Made by a program: the position numbers and the translations under genes. The notes beneath the pieces are model-generated. The model searched no databases. It was not told the origin of the DNA and saw nothing but the letters and a program-made list of their open reading frames with translations. Positions 1-8,816 of a stretch of DNA of 15,752 nt are shown here, in pieces (position 1 is the first letter of the stretch; each line of letters starts with the position of its first letter). The DNA lies in assembly GCA_016839945.1 (NCBI GenBank), contig JAEOTE010000047.1:1-15752 (forward strand), read 5' to 3'. Source of the DNA: Candidatus Heimdallarchaeota archaeon (GTDB lineage: Archaea > Asgardarchaeota > Heimdallarchaeia > Heimdallarchaeales > Heimdallarchaeaceae).

Positions 1-1056
1 ATTGCTATGAAGGAAGATTTTGATCCCGGAACATTATTACCCTTCTATCTAATAATTCGAACAAACGAAACAAATGGTATTCTCAACTCTAGTTTTTATC
101 TCAACTCAATTACGCTCCTAACGCGACTTTCAAGTGAAACGGAATTAAACAATAATAGTTTTACATCAATAGTGAAAGCTGGTGACTTTTGGATAGATTT
201 CACTTTGGCTCTACCATTTTTGTTTAATGTTTCCGCAAGTTATGATTCTTCTTTAGGTGTAATGTACAGATATATTTTCGATAGATACACTAATGTTGAG
301 AATTCGACAACAATGATAGAAATTCAAACTCCTTTTGATCCATGGGGAGATGATGCTGAGGAATTTATAAGAGAAGCTAGAACCATTTTGAAGGAATTTG
401 AAGATGAAACTGGATATGATGTACATTTAGCAGGAGGATCAGCTTTTATGTTAGATGCAATCGATGAAGTATACAGATTTTTTCCACTTATGATCATTAT
501 AACAGTAATCGTTGTCTATGTCGTCATAGCTATTATGTTTAAGTCAATCTTCATTCCTCTTAGATTGATTTTAACAATAGGATTAACAATGTCATGGATT
601 TATGGTCTTGGAGTCTTTGTTTTCGAAACTACATATTTTGATAATATAATACCTGCACTGAAAGGTGTACAAGGATTTTATTGGATAACTCCTATAATGT
701 CATTAACAATTATACTAGGCTTAGGACTCGATTATGACATCTTCATTTTGAGTAGAATAAGTGAATTTAGAGATAAAGGTTTCACAGAAAAAGCTTCAAT
801 TCACAAAGCATTATTCAAAACAGGAAACATAATCTCATTTGCAGGTATAATAATGGCAATAGCTTTCTCTGGATTGATGTTTTCAAGAGAAATGGTTCTA
901 AATCAGTTTGGATTTATGTTGTGTGTTGCAGTTCTAATTGACACTTTTATAATTCGAACAATTTTAGTTCCAGCCATAATGAGTCTAGCATCGCAGTGGA
1001 ACTGGTGGCCTGCGAAAAAACCTGAACCAACCAAAGATGAGAATCATATTGAATGA
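1..1056 (+). CDS. MMPL/RND-family transporter, C-terminal part (5'-truncated by the window)
   Basis: The frame is open from position 1 (ATT GCT ATG...), so the true start is upstream. It has an extracytoplasmic segment followed by about six TM helices, with MmpL-type motifs GLGLDYDIFILSRISE, DTFIIRTILVPAIM and C-terminal WNWWP. Confidence 0.9.
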   Translation: MAMKEDFDPGTLLPFYLIIRTNETNGILNSSFYLNSITLLTRLSSETELNNNSFTSIVKAGDFWIDFTLALPFLFNVSASYDSSLGVMYRYIFDRYTNVENSTTMIEIQTPFDPWGDDAEEFIREARTILKEFEDETGYDVHLAGGSAFMLDAIDEVYRFFPLMIIITVIVVYVVIAIMFKSIFIPLRLILTIGLTMSWIYGLGVFVFETTYFDNIIPALKGVQGFYWITPIMSLTIILGLGLDYDIFILSRISEFRDKGFTEKASIHKALFKTGNIISFAGIIMAIAFSGLMFSREMVLNQFGFMLCVAVLIDTFIIRTILVPAIMSLASQWNWWPAKKPEPTKDENHIE

Positions 1057-1098
1057 TTTTCTTTCTCTTATTTTTTCAATAAAAAAGAAAGGAAGGAG
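1057..1098. terminator. Bidirectional oligo-T terminator region between convergent genes
   Basis: A T-rich tract (TTTTCTTTCTCTTATTTTTT) on + is followed by an A-rich tract (AAAAAAGAAAGGAAGG, T-rich on -), lying between the MMPL stop and the DASS stop. Confidence 0.6.
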
Positions 1099-2949
1099 TT
1101 AGAAATACACTAGTCCAATCAATTTCCAGAAGAATGGTAACACGAAAGAAAGAAGCAGTAATCCAAATATATCAACTATTGATCCTATTTTTGCCATTTC
1201 TCTGACAGTGTATTTGTTCGTACTATAGGCTATCATTGTTGGAGGAGTTCCTTGTGGTAGCATAAAGTCTACACTTGAACCAATTGCTGCTACAACAGCT
1301 AAGAGTACTGGATCTATTCGAAATAGTAAACCAAGTGGTATAACAAGTGGAACAAGAATTGAAGCTGAACCGGTATTTGAAGCCATAAAAGTCAATATTA
1401 AAGCTACAACTGCTATAAGAGCTATGAAAAGTATATTACTAGCAATATTCAGATTTTCCAGAGAGAAGGCTATTAAATCTCCTGCACCTGATTCCGTTAG
1501 AATTACTCCTAGAGTTAAACCTCCACCGAATATAAGAATAGCATTCCAATTTATATCATTAATATCTCTTCCTTTAAGAACAGTGCTTTTCTCGAATACT
1601 GCAGGAATGAACAACAAAACAGCTGCTATTATAGCTACGATAGATGATGAGAAAGTTGGAAATAAATTGTTCTTAATTACTCCTTCTAAAAACCATAAAA
1701 TAAGAGCAAGGATAAATACTGATAGAACATAGATTTGTTTCTTATTTAGTTTTCCAGTGTTATCTAATTCTTTCTTTACAGCTGTTTTAGCAATTTCTAT
1801 ACTTTCCTTAGGGACTTGAGGTTTGAAAACTATCCAGAGATAAACCCATATTAAAGGTAGCATTAAAATCACAATTGGTAATCCAAAAACAAACCATTGA
1901 GTAAATGTGATTTGAACACCAGCATATTGACTTAACAACGCTATTGCAATTGGATTTGCTGGTGTTCCAATAGCTGATCCTATTCCACCCAGTGATGCAC
2001 TATAAGCAATTCCCAGAATCAAAGCTTTTGAATATCTATCGATTTTTTCTTCTTCTATTTCTTTGTTAACCTTGAGTTTATCAGTTACAGCAACAGCTAT
2101 AGGAATCATTGTTGCAGCAGTAGCAGTGTTACTCATAAACATGGATAAAATCGCTGTTACTATCATCATTAGCAACATTAGTATTCGAGGATTATCTGGA
2201 CTTATTCTCACAATATTTAGTGATATCCACTTATCTAAACCTGTTTTATTCATTGCCTTTGAAATAATAAATCCTCCAAGAAAGAGGAAGATAACTGGTT
2301 CTGCAAATGGAGCCAATAACCCTTTTGCACTAAGACTAAGAAATATTACTCCTGCAATAGGAATCAATAGACTTGTTGCCACTAATGGTATTGCTTCCAT
2401 TACCCAAAGGATACCAACTACAAACAATAAAGATAGAACAATATTTGTCTTATATGGTAATCGAAAAGTGAAAGTAACCCATCTTTGATCTCTATAATCT
2501 TTCCTGAGACTTGATGCAGGTAAAGTAAGATTAATTCCTTCACCTTCAGGATCAGCTTGACTTTCAATTTCAAGACTGAAATTTCCAATTTGAGGTAAAG
2601 GATCAACTGTACTATTTGTTTCATCAAAAATAGTTGCTCGAACAATAAGTTGCTTGTTATAACCTTTTTGGATTTTAGGACTATAAGCTATCCAAAGAGT
2701 AAGATTATTTCCTAAATCAAATGATTCAAGAGCTTCTGGATGTGTTGTAGAATTTATCAGTTCAAATGAAAAGTGATAAGTAGAATTGTATTGATTTTCA
2801 CCATTATCATAATAATAATTCAATACCACGTTATGATTGATATCATCACCTGCAGTACCTCTAACAGTTGTCATTGGAATCACTATAGCTGCAACCAAAA
2901 GTGCCACAGTTACTCCAATTTTGATTATATCTTGTTTTGAAATTTCCAT
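1099..2949 (-). CDS. DASS/SLC13-family sodium:(di/tri)carboxylate or sulfate symporter with an N-terminal inserted extracellular domain
   Basis: Family motifs LWVMEAIP, FLFLGGF, two SNT motifs (SMFMSNTAT, FMASNTGS), IGTPAN, INWNAILIFGGG and GTPPT; many TM helices. SD-like GAGGG lies at 2958-2962 on the minus strand. Confidence 0.92.
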   Translation of the reverse strand: MEISKQDIIKIGVTVALLVAAIVIPMTTVRGTAGDDINHNVVLNYYYDNGENQYNSTYHFSFELINSTTHPEALESFDLGNNLTLWIAYSPKIQKGYNKQLIVRATIFDETNSTVDPLPQIGNFSLEIESQADPEGEGINLTLPASSLRKDYRDQRWVTFTFRLPYKTNIVLSLLFVVGILWVMEAIPLVATSLLIPIAGVIFLSLSAKGLLAPFAEPVIFLFLGGFIISKAMNKTGLDKWISLNIVRISPDNPRILMLLMMIVTAILSMFMSNTATAATMIPIAVAVTDKLKVNKEIEEEKIDRYSKALILGIAYSASLGGIGSAIGTPANPIAIALLSQYAGVQITFTQWFVFGLPIVILMLPLIWVYLWIVFKPQVPKESIEIAKTAVKKELDNTGKLNKKQIYVLSVFILALILWFLEGVIKNNLFPTFSSSIVAIIAAVLLFIPAVFEKSTVLKGRDINDINWNAILIFGGGLTLGVILTESGAGDLIAFSLENLNIASNILFIALIAVVALILTFMASNTGSASILVPLVIPLGLLFRIDPVLLAVVAAIGSSVDFMLPQGTPPTMIAYSTNKYTVREMAKIGSIVDIFGLLLLSFVLPFFWKLIGLVYF

Positions 2950-2972
2950 CTAAATGTCCCTCTTATTATATT

Positions 2973-3863
2973 TTAATAAAACTCCTTTGTAATTACCTCA
3001 ATTTGTTCATCAGTCAATTCCAATGGTGAATGAGCTGGAATTATACCTTGATTTAGAGCAAAATCTCTTTCTTCATATGTGGTTTTGTGTTCTATTTGGT
3101 AAAAAATTCCTATAGGTAATTTATCCTTAACAACAAGCTGATTTGCTAATTCTAAAGCACTATGGAAATCCTCTTTGTCATGTCCAGATTCCTCAACTTT
3201 GTAAACTTTATCTCTAAAGTAATCAAAGGTTTGATTACGGTTGAAAGTTATACATGGACTAAAAACATCAACATAAGCAAAACCTCGATGATCAATCGCT
3301 TCCTTTAGAAGCCAAGTTAAATGCTTTAAATCACCTGAAAAACCTCTACCAACAAATGTAGCACCAGCTGAAAGAGCTACAGCTACAGGATTGATTGGAT
3401 TTTCAATTGAACCTCTAGGTGTTGTTCTTGTAAGAGTTCCAACAGGTGTAGTTGCACTAGCTTGACCAGTAGTTAATCCATAAACAAAATTGTTTGAAAC
3501 AATTGTGATTATATCCACATTACGCCTACACGAATGTAAAAAGTGATTACCTCCAATACCATAAACATCACCATCTCCAGCATAAACTAGAACTGTTAGT
3601 TTTGGATTTGCTAATCGAATTCCTGTAGCTACTGGAATCCCTCTTCCATGAACTGTCTGTAATCCATAAACATTCACGAAATTAGGCATGTGAGAAGCAC
3701 AACCAATACCACTTACTAAAACAACCTCTTCTGGGGGTATTTCTAGATCAACTAAAGCTTGTCTTATAGCTCTATATTGACTGAAGTTACCACATCCTGG
3801 ACAAAATGTAGGTCGAAAATTACTTTCATAATCTTTTATTTTATAATTAAAACTGTCACTCAT
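2973..3863 (-). CDS. korB: 2-oxoacid:ferredoxin oxidoreductase beta subunit (TPP-binding)
   Basis: Motifs FCPGCG, SGIGCAS, HGR, TPP-binding GDGD...GGNH...NN, YGLTTGQ and SPCITFN. It overlaps the alpha-subunit stop by 4 nt (ATGA). Substrate specificity is not certain. Confidence 0.93.
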   Translation of the reverse strand: MSDSFNYKIKDYESNFRPTFCPGCGNFSQYRAIRQALVDLEIPPEEVVLVSGIGCASHMPNFVNVYGLQTVHGRGIPVATGIRLANPKLTVLVYAGDGDVYGIGGNHFLHSCRRNVDIITIVSNNFVYGLTTGQASATTPVGTLTRTTPRGSIENPINPVAVALSAGATFVGRGFSGDLKHLTWLLKEAIDHRGFAYVDVFSPCITFNRNQTFDYFRDKVYKVEESGHDKEDFHSALELANQLVVKDKLPIGIFYQIEHKTTYEERDFALNQGIIPAHSPLELTDEQIEVITKEFY

Positions 3864-5608
3864 TCCTTAATCACCTCTTTAACCTTCGCTACGATTTGCG
3901 AAGGAATTATTGGTTCTCCATCATATCTCAAAAGTTTGTGTCCTATATTTACTCCTGTTTTCATTCTGATGAAATCATGCATTTGCCCAGTGAAATTCTG
4001 TTCAATAATCAAGGTCTTTTTAGCATCCTTCAATATCTCTTCAATCTCTTCGGAATGAAATGGTGAAACGTATTTTATATGAAGATGATTTGTTTTTACT
4101 CCATCCTCTTCTAACTTCATCATAGCTTCTTTAACAATATTCTTAGTTGAACCCCAGGAGACTAATGTTATCTCTGAATCTTTAGATCCTTCCAATGTTG
4201 GTACTTTAAATTCTTTGATAATATAATCTAATTTTCTCATTCTTTTTTCCATCATAGCTTCTCTTATAGGAAGCGTCTCTGGAAGTCCTGCAAGAGTTGA
4301 AGCTAATGATGTTCCCTCTTCATTTCTTTCACTTGAACCTGTGAAAAACATTCCATTTTTTGTTCCAGGAACAGTTCTTGAAGTCACTCCTGTTTCAGTA
4401 TCTAGAGAGTATCTCTTAAAATCATCTGGTGGCTTATCTAAGATTTGAAAACGAGGATTTTTTCTTTTCATATCTAATTTTCTTATTGTTGCAATCTGTT
4501 CTGATAAATAAAGATCCATCAAAACTATAACTACTACTTGAAACTTCTCTGCAATCTCTAGAGCTTCAATTCCAGTATCGAAAGCATCTTGAATTGTACC
4601 TGGAGCAATTATTACTTTTGGGAATTCTCCTTGACTTGCTCCATAAACTTGAAACAAATCAGCTTGTTCTGTTTTTGTTGCCATACCTGTACTAGGACCA
4701 GCGCGCTGTGAATTAATAACAACCAAAGGAATTTCTTCAATAGCAGCCATTCCTATTATCTCTGTCATCAAAGCAAAACCTCCACCTGATGTTCCAGTTG
4801 CAGATCTAGCACCACAGAAAGCTGCACCCACGGCCATTCCTACAGCTGCAATTTCATCTTCTGTCTGTTTAACAATCATTCCCAATTTAGGTAAGTGTTT
4901 AGTAAGATAATGGACTAGACTTGTTGCTGGAGTCATTGGATACCCACTATAGAATTTGAGTCCAGCTGAAAGCATCCCCAAGGCTAAAGCTTCATTCCCA
5001 CCAATAACCATTTGTTGAGCTTTCTCATACTTATGTTTCTCCCAAATCGCTAACCAACCTTTTTCTTCTGCATATTCCAATCCTTTTTCCAAGGCTTGGA
5101 AATTTGATTCAATTACTTTTTCTCCCTTACTTCCAAATTGCTCAACAATTACTTCCTTGATAAGTTCGTCATCTAATCCTAGTAGATAACTAATAGCACC
5201 AAAGCCTACAATATTTTTTAATACTCTTAGTTTTGAAATTTCTTTAGTGATTGAGCCTAAAGGCATCCCTAAATCAATAATCTCTTCTGGATACTCAAAC
5301 TCCTTCAAGTCAATTGACTCATTATCATAAATTACCATAGCTCCAATGTTCACTAATGGTTTGTGAATCTTTGCAACATGTTTGTTTAGAAGGACAATGA
5401 TATTGGCATTTTCTCCTGGTGTTAAAACTTCATCTTGAGAATATCTTATTTGGTACGAGTTATAACCTCCACGAATAACAGATTGATAACTACGGAATCC
5501 TAAGACATTGAAATTATGTTTTTTAAGGATTTTACTAAACAGTAAACCGAGAGATACTAAGCCGTCTCCAGCAGAACCTACAAATCTAATAACACTTTCT
5601 TGTTTCAT
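3860..5608 (-). CDS. korA: 2-oxoacid:ferredoxin oxidoreductase alpha subunit (gamma-alpha fusion)
   Basis: N-terminal gamma-like domain (GSAGDG, IRGG), then GNEA, YPMTPA (YPITP-type), EDEIAA, TSGGGF, QRAGPSTG and EQNFTGQ. Length of 582 aa is typical of two-subunit OFORs. Confidence 0.93.
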   Translation of the reverse strand: MKQESVIRFVGSAGDGLVSLGLLFSKILKKHNFNVLGFRSYQSVIRGGYNSYQIRYSQDEVLTPGENANIIVLLNKHVAKIHKPLVNIGAMVIYDNESIDLKEFEYPEEIIDLGMPLGSITKEISKLRVLKNIVGFGAISYLLGLDDELIKEVIVEQFGSKGEKVIESNFQALEKGLEYAEEKGWLAIWEKHKYEKAQQMVIGGNEALALGMLSAGLKFYSGYPMTPATSLVHYLTKHLPKLGMIVKQTEDEIAAVGMAVGAAFCGARSATGTSGGGFALMTEIIGMAAIEEIPLVVINSQRAGPSTGMATKTEQADLFQVYGASQGEFPKVIIAPGTIQDAFDTGIEALEIAEKFQVVVIVLMDLYLSEQIATIRKLDMKRKNPRFQILDKPPDDFKRYSLDTETGVTSRTVPGTKNGMFFTGSSERNEEGTSLASTLAGLPETLPIREAMMEKRMRKLDYIIKEFKVPTLEGSKDSEITLVSWGSTKNIVKEAMMKLEEDGVKTNHLHIKYVSPFHSEEIEEILKDAKKTLIIEQNFTGQMHDFIRMKTGVNIGHKLLRYDGEPIIPSQIVAKVKEVIKE

Positions 5609-5654
5609 TATTTCTCATCAAGGTTTTAGCGCTATTAGCTCAACATAATGCTTG

Positions 5655-5663
5655 TTTATAAAA
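5655..5663 (-). promoter_or_regulatory. Putative TATA box for the korA-korB-DASS operon
   Basis: Minus strand reads TTTTATAAAC about 47-55 nt upstream of the korA ATG, implying a short leader. Confidence 0.4.
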
Positions 5664-5756
5664 TGTTTGAAATGTCATAAAATAGATAGCTGGTAATAAA
5701 ATAAAACACTGAGTTCTATAAATAAGAACACAATGTATTTTATAATTGAACATATT

Positions 5757-5775
5757 AAAAAAGGAGAAAAGAAAA
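5757..5775 (-). terminator. Oligo-T terminator after the AEC permease gene
   Basis: Plus strand AAAAAAGGAGAAAAGAAAA gives a T-rich tract just downstream of the minus-strand stop at 5789. Confidence 0.5.
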
Positions 5776-5788
5776 CTTAGTTTTTTTA

Positions 5789-6745
5789 TTAAACTGATTG
5801 TTGCCACCATACCAATAGAGCTATTTCTGCAGGTAAGAACAGTAGTGCAATAATCGTTAATAATGCTATATATCTACTTGTTAGAAGTTCATCTAATCCA
5901 AAGTACTTTGCATAAGCTGAATTAGCTACAGCTGGAGGAGACATACTTTGCACAATTGTTGGTATTTTTGTTACTAAGGGAATTGGTAAAAAAACAATCA
6001 TCAATGTGGTTAACAATCCCCCTCCAAAACGAGTAAAAATTCCCCTGAATAATGCAATTTCTTTCCATTCTTCTTTTTTTGGAAGCTTAAATCCTAATCC
6101 TACAATGATTAGCATAATTACCATTGTCCCATCTCGGAAAATATCCATAGCTAACATAGCACTTGTATCAAATTGACCAATTGAAAATCTTAAGATCAAA
6201 CCAATAATCATCCCTATAGTTGGAGGAAAGAGTACTAAATCTTTGATTATTTTCATTATTGACCTATGAGAATTAGTACCATAATGAATTCCTAGATAAA
6301 CACCAAAGCTGTTTCGATATATCATCTGAGCGATTAAAAATAAAGAAGCTGCAAGCAAACCTTCTGCTCGTAATTCTTCTGGTAGAATTCCAATTATAAT
6401 TGGGAATGGATAAAAAAGTCCATTCATAAATCCTGTTGAACATAATTCTGCACCTTTTTGGTCTTGAGGAATATCTTTTTTCCTAATAATTATCCAATCC
6501 AGTATCATAGATACTAACATTGAAACAGCTGCAATTAGAACTATATACCACCAATTAACATCACTAAAAGACTCGATGTTTAAACTTACAAAAATCAGTA
6601 ATATTGGAGTTAGAATGTTCATTCCCACAAATAAAAGCCATTTCCCAGCTTTCTCTGCATGAGGCCATTTTTGGAGAAAAAATCCTCCAGCTATACCAGC
6701 ATAAATAACGACTACTCGTATTGTTAGGTCCACCAAATAATGCAT
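5789..6745 (-). CDS. AEC (auxin efflux carrier)/Mem_trans-family permease
   Basis: 318 aa with about ten TM helices. It shows the family pattern LTPILLIF, GFMNGLFYPFPII, FPPTIGMIIG, LIIVGLG and SPPAVANSAYAKYFG. Confidence 0.8.
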   Translation of the reverse strand: MHYLVDLTIRVVVIYAGIAGGFFLQKWPHAEKAGKWLLFVGMNILTPILLIFVSLNIESFSDVNWWYIVLIAAVSMLVSMILDWIIIRKKDIPQDQKGAELCSTGFMNGLFYPFPIIIGILPEELRAEGLLAASLFLIAQMIYRNSFGVYLGIHYGTNSHRSIMKIIKDLVLFPPTIGMIIGLILRFSIGQFDTSAMLAMDIFRDGTMVIMLIIVGLGFKLPKKEEWKEIALFRGIFTRFGGGLLTTLMIVFLPIPLVTKIPTIVQSMSPPAVANSAYAKYFGLDELLTSRYIALLTIIALLFLPAEIALLVWWQQSV

Positions 6746-6766
6746 TGAAGTTAGAGAAATTAAACT

Positions 6767-6775
6767 CTTAATAAA
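6767..6775 (-). promoter_or_regulatory. TATA-like box (leaderless layout) for the AEC gene
   Basis: Minus strand TTTATTAAG lies 22-30 nt upstream of the ATG at 6745, preceded by purine-rich AAAG. Confidence 0.55.
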
Positions 6776-6798
6776 TCTTTATTTGTAGAAAATCAATT

Positions 6799-6813
6799 AA
6801 AAAAGGAAGAAAA
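6799..6813 (-). terminator. Oligo-T terminator after the 644-aa orphan gene
   Basis: Plus strand AAAAAAGGAAGAAAA lies directly beyond the minus-strand stop at 6815. Confidence 0.5.
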
Positions 6814-6814
6814 C

Positions 6815-8749
6815 TTACTCTGAATAAACATCAGAAATATACTTCAGAGTATTTGAATAGAAAGGGTATTTTTCTTTTTCAGAAATATCTTTGGTAATAA
6901 GAAGTTCAGATAGATTTTGAGTCATTTGTAGTATAATAGTTGGAGCTGTTGTTTCTATTAGTGGTCGTCCTCTTATTAACATTCCTTGAAGAGAAGTATT
7001 GTATTTTGTACAAACATTTGCTATTGTTGTACTCTCTTCTTTCAACTTAATTGGAGATTCTATTTTTTCACCTATCCACTTCCAAGAACCTTCTTGTGTT
7101 ATACTTATCAACCAAACTAAAACAGCGAAACCATAAAGGGATGAGCTACTTCCATATAAGATATATTTGTTAATAAAATCGAAAAGTTGAGCAAGAGTAT
7201 TGAGGTTTGCTTCATCAGTTTCAAAAAGTTGAGTAGATAAAATGAAGTCTTTCTGAAAATCACTTAAGATTGTTTTATATTTTTCTTCTATTTTCAAGAA
7301 ATTATCTCTTTCATCCTTCATTTCTTCATAATCTTTGTTGATTGTTTCCATTTTTTCAATAATTTTATCGAGCGGAGTTTTTTTCTCAGTTCGAAGTCTT
7401 AGAGATTTAATGTATTTATCTAGCTTTTCATGTATTTCTTTCTGTTTTGTTTCCAAATCCTCATCAGTCATTTCTATTTCTTCTTCTGTTGCGTCTTTCC
7501 CTTGCATTGCGAGATTAGTTTGTTTCTGCCACTTCAATCCTTCTTTGATTATTGTAGGAGATAAAATTTTCTCAATAGATTTGGCAAGTAAATACTTTCT
7601 CTCTTTCAGGACTTTACTTTTCGAGCTAACAATGGAAAGGTAGAAGGAAAACGCATTTGGGATTATATTGTATGGATCAAGTTGTCTATTTCCTTGCAAG
7701 GCTTGAAAACTTAAATCTTTGTCAACCCATTCAGTTAATCCTCCTGCTATCATCGAAAATGGAGGATTGAATGTTGTAAAGAGAGGAATAGATGTGTAAA
7801 TGTTTGCCATAGAAATAAGGATATCATGATATCCGAAACTCAATGTTTTTTTGTATTTCTTAAAAATTAATTGTTTATCTTCAAACAAGAACTGCATAGA
7901 AAGATAGTGAAGAATATGCTTGTTTAAACTAGCTTGAGATAAAGTATCAGCTTCAAAATCCTCTCCTTGTTGAAGAGCATTTAATATTGCAGCATTGGAT
8001 AGAACCTCTGCTCTCTCAGCATCCTCTGAAATATCTTTAACAGCTTCTTTGTCTTCAGGATACATTTTTTCTAAAACTTGATGAATCCAGTGTACAATAT
8101 AGTTGAAAAGATAAGGTGCTTTTCCAATTATTTTTCTCCATGTAAACCATTTCTCGATTCTATTACTCACTAATTCAGAAATTTTGTTTAGGTCTTCATC
8201 TTTCACTTCTCTTGTTGAATACCTCATAGGAAAGATAGCTATTGGTTTTTTATCCTTAAAAACCAAATCTTCAACATCTCTAATTATTGTACTAAATACT
8301 AGTTCTAAGTCTAGTAAACAATATCTAGATATTACCTTGGATTCCTTATGATAATCATAATGAAATGCTGAATTTTTAAGGAAGTTAGTGCTAAAAAATT
8401 GAGTAAAAAAAGGTTCAAAGAAACTCTTCCCTTCTTCATCTAATTCTTCAAATATTCCATCCTTCTTGGATATCTCTTTGATATAATAATCAATCAAAAA
8501 TGATCCAAAAGCAGTTTTTTCTAAATCAGGATTATTCAAGTAATATTCTACTGCTTGAATAGATTCTTTAGTATTTTTCTTTATTTTCTTCAAATCAATA
8601 TCTTCTGGTAATTCAATCAATTGTTTGTTTCTATCTCTAGGAACTAAATGCTTTCCTTCTTTTTCAAAACCTAATACTTTTCTTTTTTCTATTAATCCAA
8701 AAGTAATTGATGAATTTTGCAAAGTTCCTTTATACAAAACTACGTCCAT
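6815..8749 (-). CDS. Hypothetical protein (644 aa, soluble, largely helical, with a central coiled-coil)
   Basis: Long ORF filling the gap, with SD-like GAGGA upstream of the ATG and a terminator tract downstream. It has an E/K-rich heptad segment at about residues 420-500. I recognised no family motif. Confidence 0.8.
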   Translation of the reverse strand: MDVVLYKGTLQNSSITFGLIEKRKVLGFEKEGKHLVPRDRNKQLIELPEDIDLKKIKKNTKESIQAVEYYLNNPDLEKTAFGSFLIDYYIKEISKKDGIFEELDEEGKSFFEPFFTQFFSTNFLKNSAFHYDYHKESKVISRYCLLDLELVFSTIIRDVEDLVFKDKKPIAIFPMRYSTREVKDEDLNKISELVSNRIEKWFTWRKIIGKAPYLFNYIVHWIHQVLEKMYPEDKEAVKDISEDAERAEVLSNAAILNALQQGEDFEADTLSQASLNKHILHYLSMQFLFEDKQLIFKKYKKTLSFGYHDILISMANIYTSIPLFTTFNPPFSMIAGGLTEWVDKDLSFQALQGNRQLDPYNIIPNAFSFYLSIVSSKSKVLKERKYLLAKSIEKILSPTIIKEGLKWQKQTNLAMQGKDATEEEIEMTDEDLETKQKEIHEKLDKYIKSLRLRTEKKTPLDKIIEKMETINKDYEEMKDERDNFLKIEEKYKTILSDFQKDFILSTQLFETDEANLNTLAQLFDFINKYILYGSSSSLYGFAVLVWLISITQEGSWKWIGEKIESPIKLKEESTTIANVCTKYNTSLQGMLIRGRPLIETTAPTIILQMTQNLSELLITKDISEKEKYPFYSNTLKYISDVYSE

Positions 8750-8780
8750 ATAGATTCCTCACATGCATCATCATAAACAT

Positions 8781-8796
8781 AAAACTCTTAAGTTTT
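8781..8796. promoter_or_regulatory. Divergent promoter core with a symmetric TATA-like element
   Basis: AAAACT-CTTA-AGTTTT inverted repeat overlapping CTTAAG (8787-8792), 25-30 nt upstream of the + ATG at 8817, within a 67-bp divergent intergenic region. Confidence 0.45.
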
Positions 8797-8816
8797 TATT
8801 TTTTGCATAAAATTGA

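Noticed and set aside
1424-2645. ORFs 1424-1732(+), 2063-2488(+) and 2418-2645(-)
   Set aside because: They are antisense or out-of-frame shadows inside the well-supported DASS gene, with no motifs or expression signals.
3759-4058. 99-aa + strand ORF
   Set aside because: It is antisense to the korA/korB junction and has no recognisable features.
7335-7643. 102-aa + strand ORF
   Set aside because: It is an antisense shadow of the E/K-rich part of the 644-aa gene; the S/F/I-rich composition is the expected mirror.
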